From: Orbicella franksi
Lineage: Eukaryota
Length of the DNA: 64,000 bases
Reading direction: 5' to 3'
NCBI GenBank assembly: GCA_964199315.1
Contig: OZ116701.1
Location: forward strand, 17,298,001-17,362,000
Shown: piece by piece, positions 46,026-58,532 of the stretch
Layout: each line of letters opens with the position of its first letter
Numbering within the stretch: position 1 is the first letter of the stretch
Notes under the pieces: generated by a model
Databases searched by the model: none
Seen by the model: the letters and a program-made list of their open reading frames with translations, nothing else
What the model was told of the DNA's origin: nothing
Made by a program: the position numbers and the translations under genes

Positions 46026-49000
46026 AATTATTCAGATGAATCGGTTTTTCGTTAAATCCAGCTTTTTTCGACACGTTCCGATTTGAGCTGATGTTGTAAA
46101 CATAGCTATCCATTCCTTTTGTAAAATCATCCTTTCCTCAGAAAACTCCGAACTTTTTTCAATATTTTGAAATTCTCTCAAAATCTGATCTTTTAGAAAT
46201 GAAACAAATTTTATGCATGGCGTAATCGAGATTAAAGTGACAATATTAGATCAATGAAAAAAGTCCCGGTAGAGTAATATCATGGGAGAATATACTCTAT
46301 ATTTGTTTAGTTCCTTACGCTCGTTTTTTCCAAATCTTCTCACTTTCCACAGAAATTTCTTTACAATTCTTGTCGCCAAATATAGCGAGGACGAAGAGCT
46401 GTCTGGTTTTGTAGCCTTAAGCTGGAAGTCCGCGCGTGAAAGTTTGAGCCACTCGTCATTGAAAGTCACTCGAATTTCCAGTTTGCTTGCACAAATAGAA
46501 CAGGTTAAATTAGTAATACCTATAAAACTATATAGGTAACAGCCATTATTTGGAGGAAAAAGCGATCTGTACGGGTCTGCAAATGATCCCAGACCGCAAA
46601 TGATCCCCAAATTAGACGGCGAGTGATCTCGCATCGGGAATGATCTCCGATGGGAACCGCAAATGATCCCGACCAAAAACGATGTAATGGCATGGATATG
46701 GGAATGGTGAAGACAGGGAATTGGCGTGATCGGGGTGAAGAGCAATTATTTTTATTAAAATCATCTTAAATTGTGGCTAACAGCTAGCTTTTTTTTGTTA
46801 CTTCTTTCATACTACGATGCTATGAATGGCACCACTCCAATGATCTTCATAAAGGACTTGGAATTTTCTTTACTACATGTCTTAAAATTATGACCGAGCT
46901 TCTTTTCGACAACACACTGTGATAAACGCTACATATTCTTCCTTAACTAGTTACGCATTGGTATGCCGGAGTGGTATACCGTTACATGTTTAAATCAAAT
47001 TGTTTCAGTCCAATAACGTCACCCGGCTGGCAACAACAGCAACAATGTCAGTAAAATCAACAACAAGAACATAGTGTTTTAGATAATAAGCTTCCACCCA
47101 ACATGCGGCACTGTTTGTTTTTGTTGTAACCAATTGCAAACTAAAATTCATCCATTAAACAACTTGTCAGGGGAAAAATATAGCAACAATGTTAGAAATA
47201 GGACTTCTACTTGCTTGGAGCATTGTGTTACTGCGAGTTTCTCGAAAATTCTTTTGTGTTCGAAGCTTAAGCAAACAGCGGACTTGCGATAAAGCAATCT
47301 ATATTGTGTTTTAAGTAAATAAGTTTTAATTCGCTCGCGTAGAGATGGTCGCTGTTCAAACTACGGTTTTGTACAGTAAGAAAGTATAAAGAAAAGTTTT
47401 TTTGTTTTAGTTTAAAGTTTCCTTTCACCTTATCCGAAAAATTATGTATCTTTATGCAGCTTTCTACGCTGAATATACAGCCTACGCATATGACTTCTGT
47501 CAAGTCTTGCATGTTGGCACATTTATCTTGTAGACCGAGTTTAGTTAGTTGACGATTTCAATGAAGCCGACTCTATTCAGATCTCTATTCATGCCTTTTA
47601 GGTTGTCATTAGTTTCAAGATGACTTTACTTAACCGTCTTTATTTTGTTGCTTACATGATGCAATCGTGTATTGCGTTAGTATAAGTAAAATATTCTGTT
47701 CACTATACTACGATTTACATCTCGACGATATACGATTTACATCTCGACGATTTACGAGTTACATTAGAGTGTGGTACATCGAGGACATGTAGCGAAGTAC
47801 GAAGAATAAACGTGTGAAGTCCAAGTTCTTTGAGTGTCCTGATTTCAGTTGTAGCAGATCCGACAATACTTTAGAACCCGTGACAAGTTCCTCTCCCGCA
47901 GCAAGCGAGTCGCTCCGAGCTAATTCCCGGGTCAAGCGCACAAGTTTCCAGCCTGTTCTGTTTTACTTTCTCGACCCTAAAAGCGCCGTTAAGAGAAGAA
48001 CTCTGTCGATTCAACCACAGAAATGCATCAGCAAATTTTCCGAACATTTTCCCACGAAAACACCAATTATTGGCCAAAAATAAAAGTGGTGACCCGTGCG
48101 GGAGACCGGGAGATCCGGTCTGTGTTCAGGAGGCTCCTGGATAATCTGGAGGAGTTGGCACCGTCTGTGAATAGGCTCCCTACAAGCGCGGAAAAAAAAT
48201 AGGGTGAGTGAAGCGAGCCTAGCGGGGCAGGATTTTTCCCTCTCCAGACCACCGCCCGACTATCTCCGCCCACTTGTTTTCTCCTTCCCCTATAACACAA
48301 TCGGAAACCCGTTCACAGGCTAAGTTGGCGGAGATCTTGTATAAGAATTGAGAAGACGTCTCAGTATTTATGTCTAAGCTTTACCCCTGCAAATCCTCTT
48401 CTTTACAGCAACGTTTATATCTCTGTGAATGACATAACATGGCTTTTGAATTCAGATACTTCTTTATGACGACCTTTATTAAGTGGTAAAAAAACTTTTT
48501 CCTTGTGTAGTCTCTCGTTGCTTACATAACTGTCTTCTCGAGCGGCATAAGATGACACCAAACTCTAGCGTCTCTTATAGTTTCAACTGTTTGGGACGAC
48601 TTTCTTTCAGACCTTTCATACGATAGTCGGATTTGGAAATGGTCTGATGCACTGCCAAAAATGATCGGTCCACAAAATTGGCAAAAAATTCCGCTGAAGC
48701 TCATAGTCTTGTGCAAAGTTTAACTATTTGCAATTGACTTATTCCTATTGTGTCGCAATTGTTTGGATCTATAGTGTTATGAAGATTAACAAAGGTCAAA
48801 GACATCAGAGGTCAAGAAAAGAACGAAACAGACCACGAAATGGTATCACGTCTGCCACGGTTTATTAATCTTTTTTTAAGACTCTATTTACTATTACTTT
48901 AAATGAATGGTATCCTTCTATTCCAAAGAACGTTGAGTTATCACGGAAATCTAATTGGTAAATCATGCATCGCCTACTTGTAAAAATCACGCATCACGTT

Positions 49001-50828
49001 ATGATGTCCCGTCCCGCGTCATGCGGCTAAACGAGTTTTTCTTTCCCTTAATTAATTTCTTTGAGACTGTGACGATATGTCAATTGTCTAGGTCAGCCAA
49101 TCAGCAGTAATTTCGACCGTGTGTTCGAGTTGTTGCTCGTTCTTACATCATGGCCGTGTAGCATTGCTTCGTTCTCAGAATAAAGTTCTGTCGAGTTTAC
49201 TGTTTATCAGCCTATCGAGCCTGATTTATACAGAGACAGGGACTTAAATCAAAACGGTTTCTCCCTTGTAATAGAGTGAAGGTGGATCGATCTCAGAGGT
49301 TTAGAAAAGAAAAGAAATGAAAAGAAACGAAAAAAAAAGAAAAGAAGGAAAAGAAACGAGTTAAAGAAAACGGAAAGAAAACTATCTTCGTAAAAAATGG
49401 TATTTCTGTGAAAGTTGCCTTTCAACGCCCCAAGCTTTGTTCCAAAGGCTAACGAATTTTACTCGGGACTACGAAAGATAAACGTTTGATGTAATAAATG
49501 ACAAAAAGTAGACCAACAAAGAAAGATTTAGCAATTTCTTTTGCAATAGATCATGTTCAGTCTTAAATTCGGACAAATCGACTCGTGATGACTTTGGCCC
49601 GGGCCGTTAAGCTGACTTGTGTGGAAGTATGTGTTCCTTTTGGTTGGACCTTTGATATTCTTTAAGATCAGATAAGACTACACATCTGTCTGGCTTTATA
49701 ACAAGTATGTATGGGTTATTAATCGAGCTTGTTTGGTCAAAATGGCTTTTTAATGGCCACTGAAACACGAAAAAAAGAACCAGGTCAATATCCGGTGATC
49801 TTGACCGAACAAGCTTGGTCAATAAAGGATTTATTATATGGAAAAAGAGCACTATCTTTTTGCGGGACACACCGGGTAATATTGAGCGGGCGAGATAGCG
49901 CTATCTTGCCGGCTCGGGTAGCCAATCACAGTCCAGGATTCCGTTTTTCTTGCTTACTCATGGAGCTAGCCAAATTCTCGCATTTCACTGTGGGGCTAAG
50001 TGTTCTAAATCACAGTTGGTTGAATATTCCTCCTGTCTCAATGGTTTTTGCTGAGCTTGTTGATAAGCCTGTAGTGTCTTACTCACGAGATCTCTTGTAA
50101 TTGCTTTTTGTCCTCTCGGGATAACTTTCTCAATGGCCTCAGCTATGAACTCAATAAACTGCCATGTTGGTTTTCACTCTCCGAACCATAACTGGGAACT
50201 GGTTTCGATCTAAAGATAATAAGTTAGCTTTTATTCAGGAGTTTGCTAGAAAAAACTTCAGCTACACGTATAACCGTCTTTAATCGGCATGCGTTTCATT
50301 TCTCTTGAACCACATTTCCATAAGGAAGTACTATAGGGCGGCTTTCAATTTCACGCTTAAAAGCTTATCTCAAAAATAGACGGTTTTGTTCTTGCGGGTT
50401 CATACATGCAGTTATGCTACAATAAACATCTAGTTTTTACTGGCTTGGTGTCAACTTGAGTGAGCTGATTTGATGGAGGTTTTAGAATAGCGTGCGACTA
50501 AATAAACTAAAGCGATTGACGCAGACATTTATCATGTCTTATCTTTCAATGTCTTACAGTTTAAAACAATGTCTTGCAATTGACGCGACATAAAACTGTA
50601 AACAGGAAGTTTTAAGGCCTGTTCAAGGTCAGTGGAGTTCGAAACTGTTTATCATTCGAAAACAGTCAAGATTGGTTGATAATTTTAGTACTTAAAGTTC
50701 ATTGGTTATCATTCGAAAAAAGCAAGGACACTTAATCATAAAATTTGCACATCGGCCAATACTTGTTTAAGAGTGATTATTTATCCGCCAAAGAATTGAT
50801 CTTTTTCGTAAATTTCGCTGCATACAGA

Positions 50829-52036
50829 ATGGAAAACGACCGTTTAAAGTCGTCTGTTATTAGTACTAAACCTAATGATGGATTGGATATCGAATGCATA
50901 TCCCTTAATAGCAACCTGGTTCCATCTAAGTTCCACGACAGCAAGCTTTTGCCAAACCAAGCCAAGCAATTGATTGACAAATCTGCTTTTAGTACGAAGT
51001 GTCACATCGATGAGCTGAGGGAGCAGAACAGCGGAAAAGTAAAGAAAGCTCCAAGACTCCCCGTGTCGAAACAAGTAGTTAATGCTGTAGGATCCGAGGA
51101 GGCAATTTATTCCATTGGAGATTGCCGTTCATTTGGTTTGCCGCCGTTCTGACAGCATACAATAACCACTGGAAACTACGAACCTCTCCAGATGACTGGT
51201 GGTTCTGTGTTATTAAACGAGTCGCCTGCGCCATCGACAGAAACGCCAAAAAAGAGTCTGTTCGTAAGATGTTCGTTGACCACGAAGGAAAGAAAACCAT
51301 CGAGGTAGTATTGCCCGATACAAGCATCTATACTGCCGACTACAGCTGGTTCTTTGATCAAATATCGAAGGGAGTACAAGAGAATATCAGAGCGCCTGAG
51401 TTCGTGGATGGCATGACGGCAGATTTCAGCACCACAACTGCAGTGCAGAAGATTGTTTCGCAGATCACAATGATGACTTCAGTCCAAGAATATTTCCGCT
51501 TTGGTGTGACGTATGCGTGTGGAATTCCTGCAGTAGAGATGCTAGGTACTGAAGACGACTGGAGCAAATTAAAATCCAAACTGAAGGTACTTCGAACACT
51601 GCTGGAACCCATAGAAAACGACCTTGATTTGCCATCAGCATGGTGGGATGTAGTGGAAAACGTGTTTACCAATCTTCTGGCTACTTACAAGGGCAGCGCG
51701 GCTAGCGAATGGTAGAGTCATATTATGGGCTTCGAGAACATGTACGCATGTGGCATGTATTTCCCTGGCGAGTACCGTTACAGAGGATGGATCACCGAGT
51801 TTTTGGAGGGATAAAAACATGTCCTGGATATCGATGAGATGACAAGTGGCCTAGTAAGTGTGCCAATCCACCTCAAACACCCGTCTGGCGTGACGGACAC
51901 TGCCGCAGTTGTAGCAGGAATGCTGGGCTTCACTGTCCACAAGGACGAGAACAAGGAGGTGTCTGTGCAGCCATTCCAAGGCTGGTCTCTTCTGCTCGCC
52001 AGTGACTCCCCTTTTCGCGAATACCGCGAGTCTTAA
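50829..52036 (+). pseudogene. DUF4419-family pseudogene (unit 1)
   Basis: Colinear with the intact copies but has three lesions: a +5 nt frameshift near 51125-51136, a TGG>TAG stop at 51713-51715 and an AAA>TAA stop at 51812-51814. Confidence 0.9.
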
Positions 52037-53567
52037 ATAACGATGTCGAAAGCTTTCTGATTGAGATTACCATTCTGGACATGGTGAATCATCTGTTTGA
52101 ACTACATGTATGGGATATACAATAGTTTATATACAAAAAGGTTATGCAATTTTCTTCTCAAGCTTGATTTATGAGGTACTAGTACTGTACTAGATTTATG
52201 ACAAGTAACAGATGAATGATTCTAGATTTGTGAGAAATACTTTCCACTTTGTTATGTATCACAAGTAATTTATGTGTAGGCCAATTTCCTTTGATAATTC
52301 ATGTTAACTTTTATCAAAATGCAACATTAGAGCCTTGGAAACAAAAAGGCTTCGTAGTTCAGATGACGCAAACTAATTGGCTTCCACCTTTTAAACTAGA
52401 CCTTGAGCTAAGGCGGGGGTGGGGGGGAGGGGGGAGCGCGGTTGTTTTGCTTGCCCTGCCGGCTTTTCTTCCTTCTCTGATTTCTATTTTTTCTTTTTTT
52501 TACCTAAAATAAGGGGAGAGTGAGTCCCCCGGGCCCCTCCCCTAGATCCGGCACTGAGTTCTCTTCTTTTGTTCTAGTAAACGCATTTCGAGTGACTCTT
52601 GGAGAACTGGCTACAGCGTTCGGGCACCCACCGACATCGTTGTGAAATTAAATGACGATTTTGATGTTACTGATCAATCCACATATTAAGTTATGCTTCA
52701 ACAAACCTTCTAACAGAACCCAGCACTACTAATACGAGAGCAGTTACATGTAAATTGGTTGACAATTTTAGTTGTTGAACTTCATTGCTCAAAATAGAAC
52801 TTTAACTACATTGTATCATTGAGCTTGAACATAAAATTAAAACTTTGTACGTCCGCTGATGTTCTACTGTTTTCTTTTTTTAATGTGGTTATGTATCCGC
52901 TGTAAGACTGATCAAAACGATGAGTTCAGTCCAAGAGTATAGACCCTTTTAATAAATCGCCCCTGAATTTAATTATACATTCTAAGCTGAATATTGAATG
53001 TTCCTCCTGTCTCAATGTTTCTTGCTAAGACTGTTGATAAGCCTGTAGTCTTACTCACGAGATCTCTTGTAATTGCTTTTTGTCCTCTCGGGATAACTTT
53101 CTCAATGGCCTCAGCTATGAACTCAATAAACTGCCATGTTGGTTTTCACTCTCCGAACCATAACTGGGAATCTGGTTTCGATCTAAAGATAATAAGTTAG
53201 CTTTTATTCAGGCGTTTGCTAGAAAAAACGTCTGCTACATGTGTAAACGTCTTTAATCGACATGCGCTTCATTTCTCTTGAACCACATTTGCATAAGGAA
53301 GTACTAGGGCGGCTTTCAATTCCACGCTTTTAATCCTATCTCAAAAATAGACGCTTTTGTTCTTGCGGGTTCGTACATGCAGTTATGCATCAATAAACAT
53401 CTAGTTTTTACTGGCTTGGTGTCAACTTGAGTGAGCTGATTTGATGGAGGTTTTAGAATAGCGTGCGACTAAATAAACTAAAGCGATTGACGCAGACATT
53501 TATCATGTCTTATCTTTCAATGTCTTACAGTTTAAAACAATGTCTTGCAATTGACGCGAGATAAAAC

Positions 53568-53859
53568 TGTAAACAGGAAGTTTTAAGGCCTGTTCAAGGT
53601 CAGTGGAGTTCGAAACTGTTTATCATTCGAAAACAGTCAAGATTGGTGTCAATTTGAGTGAGCTGATATGATATTTACGCATCGTCAGTGCCGGGGTGAA
53701 TATGATTTTTTTCAATTTTCAGAGCTAGTAAGGTTTTAGAATAGCGTGCGACAAACGTAAAGCGATTGACGCAGACATTTATCTTGTCTAATAATTCAAT
53801 GTCTTACATTTTAAACAATGTCTTGATATTGGGGCGACATAAAACTGTAAACAGGAAGT
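53568..53859 (+). promoter_or_regulatory. Duplicated putative DUF4419 promoter/5'UTR module with composite Forkhead+ETS motif TGTAAACAGGAAGT
   Basis: The motif occurs at 50597 (once in unit 1) and twice per unit in units 2-4 (53568/53846, 56816/57094, 60064/60342). Each is followed ~17 nt later by a donor-like CAAG|GTCAGT. Confidence 0.4.
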
Positions 53860-54078
53860 TTTAAGGCCTGTTCAAGGTCAGTGGAGCTCGAAACGGTTTA
53901 TCATTGGGAAAACGGCCAAGATTGGTTGATAATTTTAGTACTTAAAGTTCATTGGTTATCATTCAAGAAAGCGAGGACACTAAATCATAACATTTGCACA
54001 CCTGCCAATACTAGTTAAAGTGTGCTTATTTGTCCGCCAAAGAATTGTATAGTTTTCGTAAATTTGACTGCATACAGA

Positions 54079-55284
54079 ATGGAAAATGACGACCGTTTCA
54101 AGTCGTCTGCCATTAGTACTCAACAGGAACATGGATTGGATATCAAATGCATATCCCTTGATAGCAGCCTGGTTCCATCTAAGTTCGACGACTCCAAGCT
54201 TTCGCCAAGCCAAGCCAAGCAATTGATTGACAAATACGCCTTTCGTACCAAGTTTCACATCGATGAGCTAAGGAAGCAGAACAGCGCTAAAGTGAAGAAA
54301 CCTCCAGTACTCCCTGTGTCAAAACAAGTAGTTAATGCTGTAGGATCCGAGGAGGCAATTTATTCCATTGGAGATTGTGGTTTGTTTGCCGCCGTTTTGA
54401 CGGCATACAATAATCACTGGAAACTTCGAACCTCTCCAGATGACTGGTGGTTCTGTGTCATTAAACGAGTCGCCTCTGCCATCGACAGAAACGCCAAAAA
54501 AGAGTCCGTTCGTAAGATGTTCGTTGATCACGAAGGAAAGAAAACCATCGAGGTAGTAGTGCCCGATACAAGCATCTATACTGTCGACTACAGCTGGTTC
54601 TTTGATCAAATATCGAAGGGAGTACAAGAGAACATCAGAGTGCCTGAGTTCGTGGATGGCATGACAGCAGATTTCAGCACCACAACTGCAGTGCAGAAGA
54701 TTGTTTCGCAGATCACAATGATGACTTCAGTCCAAGAATATTTCCGCTTTGGTGTGACGTATGCCTGTGGAATTCCTGCAGTAGAGATGCTAGGTACTGA
54801 AGACGACTGGAGCAAATTAAAATCCAAACTGAAGGTATTGCGGACACTGCTGGAACCCATTGAGAACGACCTTGATTTGCCATCAGCATGGTGGGATGTA
54901 GTGGAAAACGTGTTTAGCAACCTTCTGGCTACGTACCAGGGTAGCCCGGTCAGCGAATGGTGGAGTCATATTATTGGCTTCGAAAACAAGTATGCATGTG
55001 GCATCCTTGTCCGTGGAGAGTACCGTTACAGAGGATGGATCACCGAGTTTTTGGAGGGAAAAAAATATGCCATGGATACCAATAAAATGACGAGTGGCCT
55101 GGTAAGTGCTCCAATCCACCTGAAACACCCGTCTGGCGTGACGGACACTGCCGCAGTTGTAGCAGGAATGCTGGGCTTCACTGTCCACAAGGACGAGAAC
55201 AAGGAGGTGTCTGTGCAGCCATTCCAAGGCTGGTCTCTTCTGCTCGCCAGTGACTCCCCTTTTCGCGAATACCGCGAGTCTTAA
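54079..55284 (+). CDS. DUF4419-family protein, intronless CDS, 401 aa (unit 2)
   Basis: Motifs recognised as DUF4419 (PF14388): LRTSPDDWW, FVDHEGKKTIEV, DFSTTT, MMTSVQEYF, CGIPAVEMLGTEDDW, WWSHI, GWITEF. The first ATG is at 54079, directly after a CAG acceptor-like site. No signal peptide. Confidence 0.85.
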   Translation: MENDDRFKSSAISTQQEHGLDIKCISLDSSLVPSKFDDSKLSPSQAKQLIDKYAFRTKFHIDELRKQNSAKVKKPPVLPVSKQVVNAVGSEEAIYSIGDCGLFAAVLTAYNNHWKLRTSPDDWWFCVIKRVASAIDRNAKKESVRKMFVDHEGKKTIEVVVPDTSIYTVDYSWFFDQISKGVQENIRVPEFVDGMTADFSTTTAVQKIVSQITMMTSVQEYFRFGVTYACGIPAVEMLGTEDDWSKLKSKLKVLRTLLEPIENDLDLPSAWWDVVENVFSNLLATYQGSPVSEWWSHIIGFENKYACGILVRGEYRYRGWITEFLEGKKYAMDTNKMTSGLVSAPIHLKHPSGVTDTAAVVAGMLGFTVHKDENKEVSVQPFQGWSLLLASDSPFREYRES

Positions 55285-57326
55285 ATAACGATGTCGAAAG
55301 CTTTCTGATTGAGATTACCATTCTGGACATGGTGAATCATCTGTTTGAACTACATGTATGGGATATACAATAGTTTATATACAAAAAGGTTATGCAATTT
55401 TCTTCTCAAGCTTGATTTATGAGGTACTAGTACTGTACTAGATTTATGACAAGTAACAGATGAATGATTCTAGATTTGTGAGAAATACTTTCCACTTTGT
55501 TATGTATCACAAGTAATTTATGTGTAGGCCAATTTCCTTTGATAATTCATGTTAACTTTTATCAAAATGCAACATTAGAGCCTTGGAAACAAAAAGGCTT
55601 CGTAGTTCAGATGACGCAAACTAATTGGCTTCCACCTTTTAAACTAGACCTTGAGCTAAGGCGGGGGTGGGGGGGAGGGGGGAGCGCGGTTGTTTTGCTT
55701 GCCCTGCCGGCTTTTCTTCCTTCTCTGATTTCTATTTTTTCTTTTTTTTACCTAAAATAAGGGGAGAGTGAGTCCCCCGGGCCCCTCCCCTAGATCCGGC
55801 ACTGAGTTCTCTTCTTTTGTTCTAGTAAACGCATTTCGAGTGACTCTTGGAGAACTGGCTACAGCGTTCGGGCACCCACCGACATCGTTGTGAAATTAAA
55901 TGACGATTTTGATGTTACTGATCAATCCACATATTAAGTTATGCTTCAACAAACCTTCTAACAGAACCCAGCACTACTAATACGAGAGCAGTTACATGTA
56001 AATTGGTTGACAATTTTAGTTGTTGAACTTCATTGCTCAAAATAGAACTTTAACTACATTGTATCATTGAGCTTGAACATAAAATTAAAACTTTGTACGT
56101 CCGCTGATGTTCTACTGTTTTCTTTTTTTAATGTGGTTATGTATCCGCTGTAAGACTGATCAAAACGATGAGTTCAGTCCAAGAGTATAGACCCTTTTAA
56201 TAAATCGCCCCTGAATTTAATTATACATTCTAAGCTGAATATTGAATGTTCCTCCTGTCTCAATGTTTCTTGCTAAGACTGTTGATAAGCCTGTAGTCTT
56301 ACTCACGAGATCTCTTGTAATTGCTTTTTGTCCTCTCGGGATAACTTTCTCAATGGCCTCAGCTATGAACTCAATAAACTGCCATGTTGGTTTTCACTCT
56401 CCGAACCATAACTGGGAATCTGGTTTCGATCTAAAGATAATAAGTTAGCTTTTATTCAGGCGTTTGCTAGAAAAAACGTCTGCTACATGTGTAAACGTCT
56501 TTAATCGACATGCGCTTCATTTCTCTTGAACCACATTTGCATAAGGAAGTACTAGGGCGGCTTTCAATTCCACGCTTTTAATCCTATCTCAAAAATAGAC
56601 GCTTTTGTTCTTGCGGGTTCGTACATGCAGTTATGCATCAATAAACATCTAGTTTTTACTGGCTTGGTGTCAACTTGAGTGAGCTGATTTGATGGAGGTT
56701 TTAGAATAGCGTGCGACTAAATAAACTAAAGCGATTGACGCAGACATTTATCATGTCTTATCTTTCAATGTCTTACAGTTTAAAACAATGTCTTGCAATT
56801 GACGCGAGATAAAACTGTAAACAGGAAGTTTTAAGGCCTGTTCAAGGTCAGTGGAGTTCGAAACTGTTTATCATTCGAAAACAGTCAAGATTGGTGTCAA
56901 TTTGAGTGAGCTGATATGATATTTACGCATCGTCAGTGCCGGGGTGAATATGATTTTTTTCAATTTTCAGAGCTAGTAAGGTTTTAGAATAGCGTGCGAC
57001 AAACGTAAAGCGATTGACGCAGACATTTATCTTGTCTAATAATTCAATGTCTTACATTTTAAACAATGTCTTGATATTGGGGCGACATAAAACTGTAAAC
57101 AGGAAGTTTTAAGGCCTGTTCAAGGTCAGTGGAGCTCGAAACGGTTTATCATTGGGAAAACGGCCAAGATTGGTTGATAATTTTAGTACTTAAAGTTCAT
57201 TGGTTATCATTCAAGAAAGCGAGGACACTAAATCATAACATTTGCACACCTGCCAATACTAGTTAAAGTGTGCTTATTTGTCCGCCAAAGAATTGTATAG
57301 TTTTCGTAAATTTGACTGCATACAGA

Positions 57327-58532
57327 ATGGAAAATGACGACCGTTTCAAGTCGTCTGCCATTAGTACTCAACAGGAACATGGATTGGATATCAAATGCAT
57401 ATCCCTTGATAGCAGCCTGGTTCCATCTAAGTTCGACGACTCCAAGCTTTCGCCAAGCCAAGCCAAGCAATTGATTGACAAATACGCCTTTCGTACCAAG
57501 TTTCACATCGATGAGCTAAGGAAGCAGAACAGCGCTAAAGTGAAGAAACCTCCAGTACTCCCTGTGTCAAAACAAGTAGTTAATGCTGTAGGATCCGAGG
57601 AGGCAATTTATTCCATTGGAGATTGTGGTTTGTTTGCCGCCGTTTTGACGGCATACAATAATCACTGGAAACTTCGAACCTCTCCAGATGACTGGTGGTT
57701 CTGTGTCATTAAACGAGTCGCCTCTGCCATCGACAGAAACGCCAAAAAAGAGTCCGTTCGTAAGATGTTCGTTGATCACGAAGGAAAGAAAACCATCGAG
57801 GTAGTAGTGCCCGATACAAGCATCTATACTGTCGACTACAGCTGGTTCTTTGATCAAATATCGAAGGGAGTACAAGAGAACATCAGAGTGCCTGAGTTCG
57901 TGGATGGCATGACAGCAGATTTCAGCACCACAACTGCAGTGCAGAAGATTGTTTCGCAGATCACAATGATGACTTCAGTCCAAGAATATTTCCGCTTTGG
58001 TGTGACGTATGCCTGTGGAATTCCTGCAGTAGAGATGCTAGGTACTGAAGACGACTGGAGCAAATTAAAATCCAAACTGAAGGTATTGCGGACACTGCTG
58101 GAACCCATTGAGAACGACCTTGATTTGCCATCAGCATGGTGGGATGTAGTGGAAAACGTGTTTAGCAACCTTCTGGCTACGTACCAGGGTAGCCCGGTCA
58201 GCGAATGGTGGAGTCATATTATTGGCTTCGAAAACAAGTATGCATGTGGCATCCTTGTCCGTGGAGAGTACCGTTACAGAGGATGGATCACCGAGTTTTT
58301 GGAGGGAAAAAAATATGCCATGGATACCAATAAAATGACGAGTGGCCTGGTAAGTGCTCCAATCCACCTGAAACACCCGTCTGGCGTGACGGACACTGCC
58401 GCAGTTGTAGCAGGAATGCTGGGCTTCACTGTCCACAAGGACGAGAACAAGGAGGTGTCTGTGCAGCCATTCCAAGGCTGGTCTCTTCTGCTCGCCAGTG
58501 ACTCCCCTTTTCGCGAATACCGCGAGTCTTAA
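57327..58532 (+). CDS. DUF4419-family protein, 401 aa (unit 3, protein identical to unit 2)
   Basis: Offset exactly 3248 bp from unit 2, with the same translation in the ORF track. Confidence 0.85.
   Translation: MENDDRFKSSAISTQQEHGLDIKCISLDSSLVPSKFDDSKLSPSQAKQLIDKYAFRTKFHIDELRKQNSAKVKKPPVLPVSKQVVNAVGSEEAIYSIGDCGLFAAVLTAYNNHWKLRTSPDDWWFCVIKRVASAIDRNAKKESVRKMFVDHEGKKTIEVVVPDTSIYTVDYSWFFDQISKGVQENIRVPEFVDGMTADFSTTTAVQKIVSQITMMTSVQEYFRFGVTYACGIPAVEMLGTEDDWSKLKSKLKVLRTLLEPIENDLDLPSAWWDVVENVFSNLLATYQGSPVSEWWSHIIGFENKYACGILVRGEYRYRGWITEFLEGKKYAMDTNKMTSGLVSAPIHLKHPSGVTDTAAVVAGMLGFTVHKDENKEVSVQPFQGWSLLLASDSPFREYRES

Noticed and set aside
46251-46745. 164-aa minus-strand ORF
   Set aside because: No recognisable domain; its N-terminal part derives from the GCAAATGATCCC repeat cluster.
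52249-53200. 87-aa and 68-aa ORFs repeated in each 3248-bp unit
   Set aside because: They are conserved only because the units are near-identical, the 87-aa frame starts at TTG and runs into a MITE, neither shows a recognisable domain, and they are not maintained in the diverged flanks.
54022-54078. 19-aa N-terminal extension of the DUF4419 ORFs from the GTG start in the ORF track (also 57270, 60518)
   Set aside because: Non-ATG start in a eukaryotic context, not conserved with the unit 1 extension, and it overlaps a likely intron acceptor.
54319-55227. Minus-strand ORFs overlapping the DUF4419 genes (and similar ones over the Ig and collagen exons)
   Set aside because: Antisense shadows of real coding sequence.
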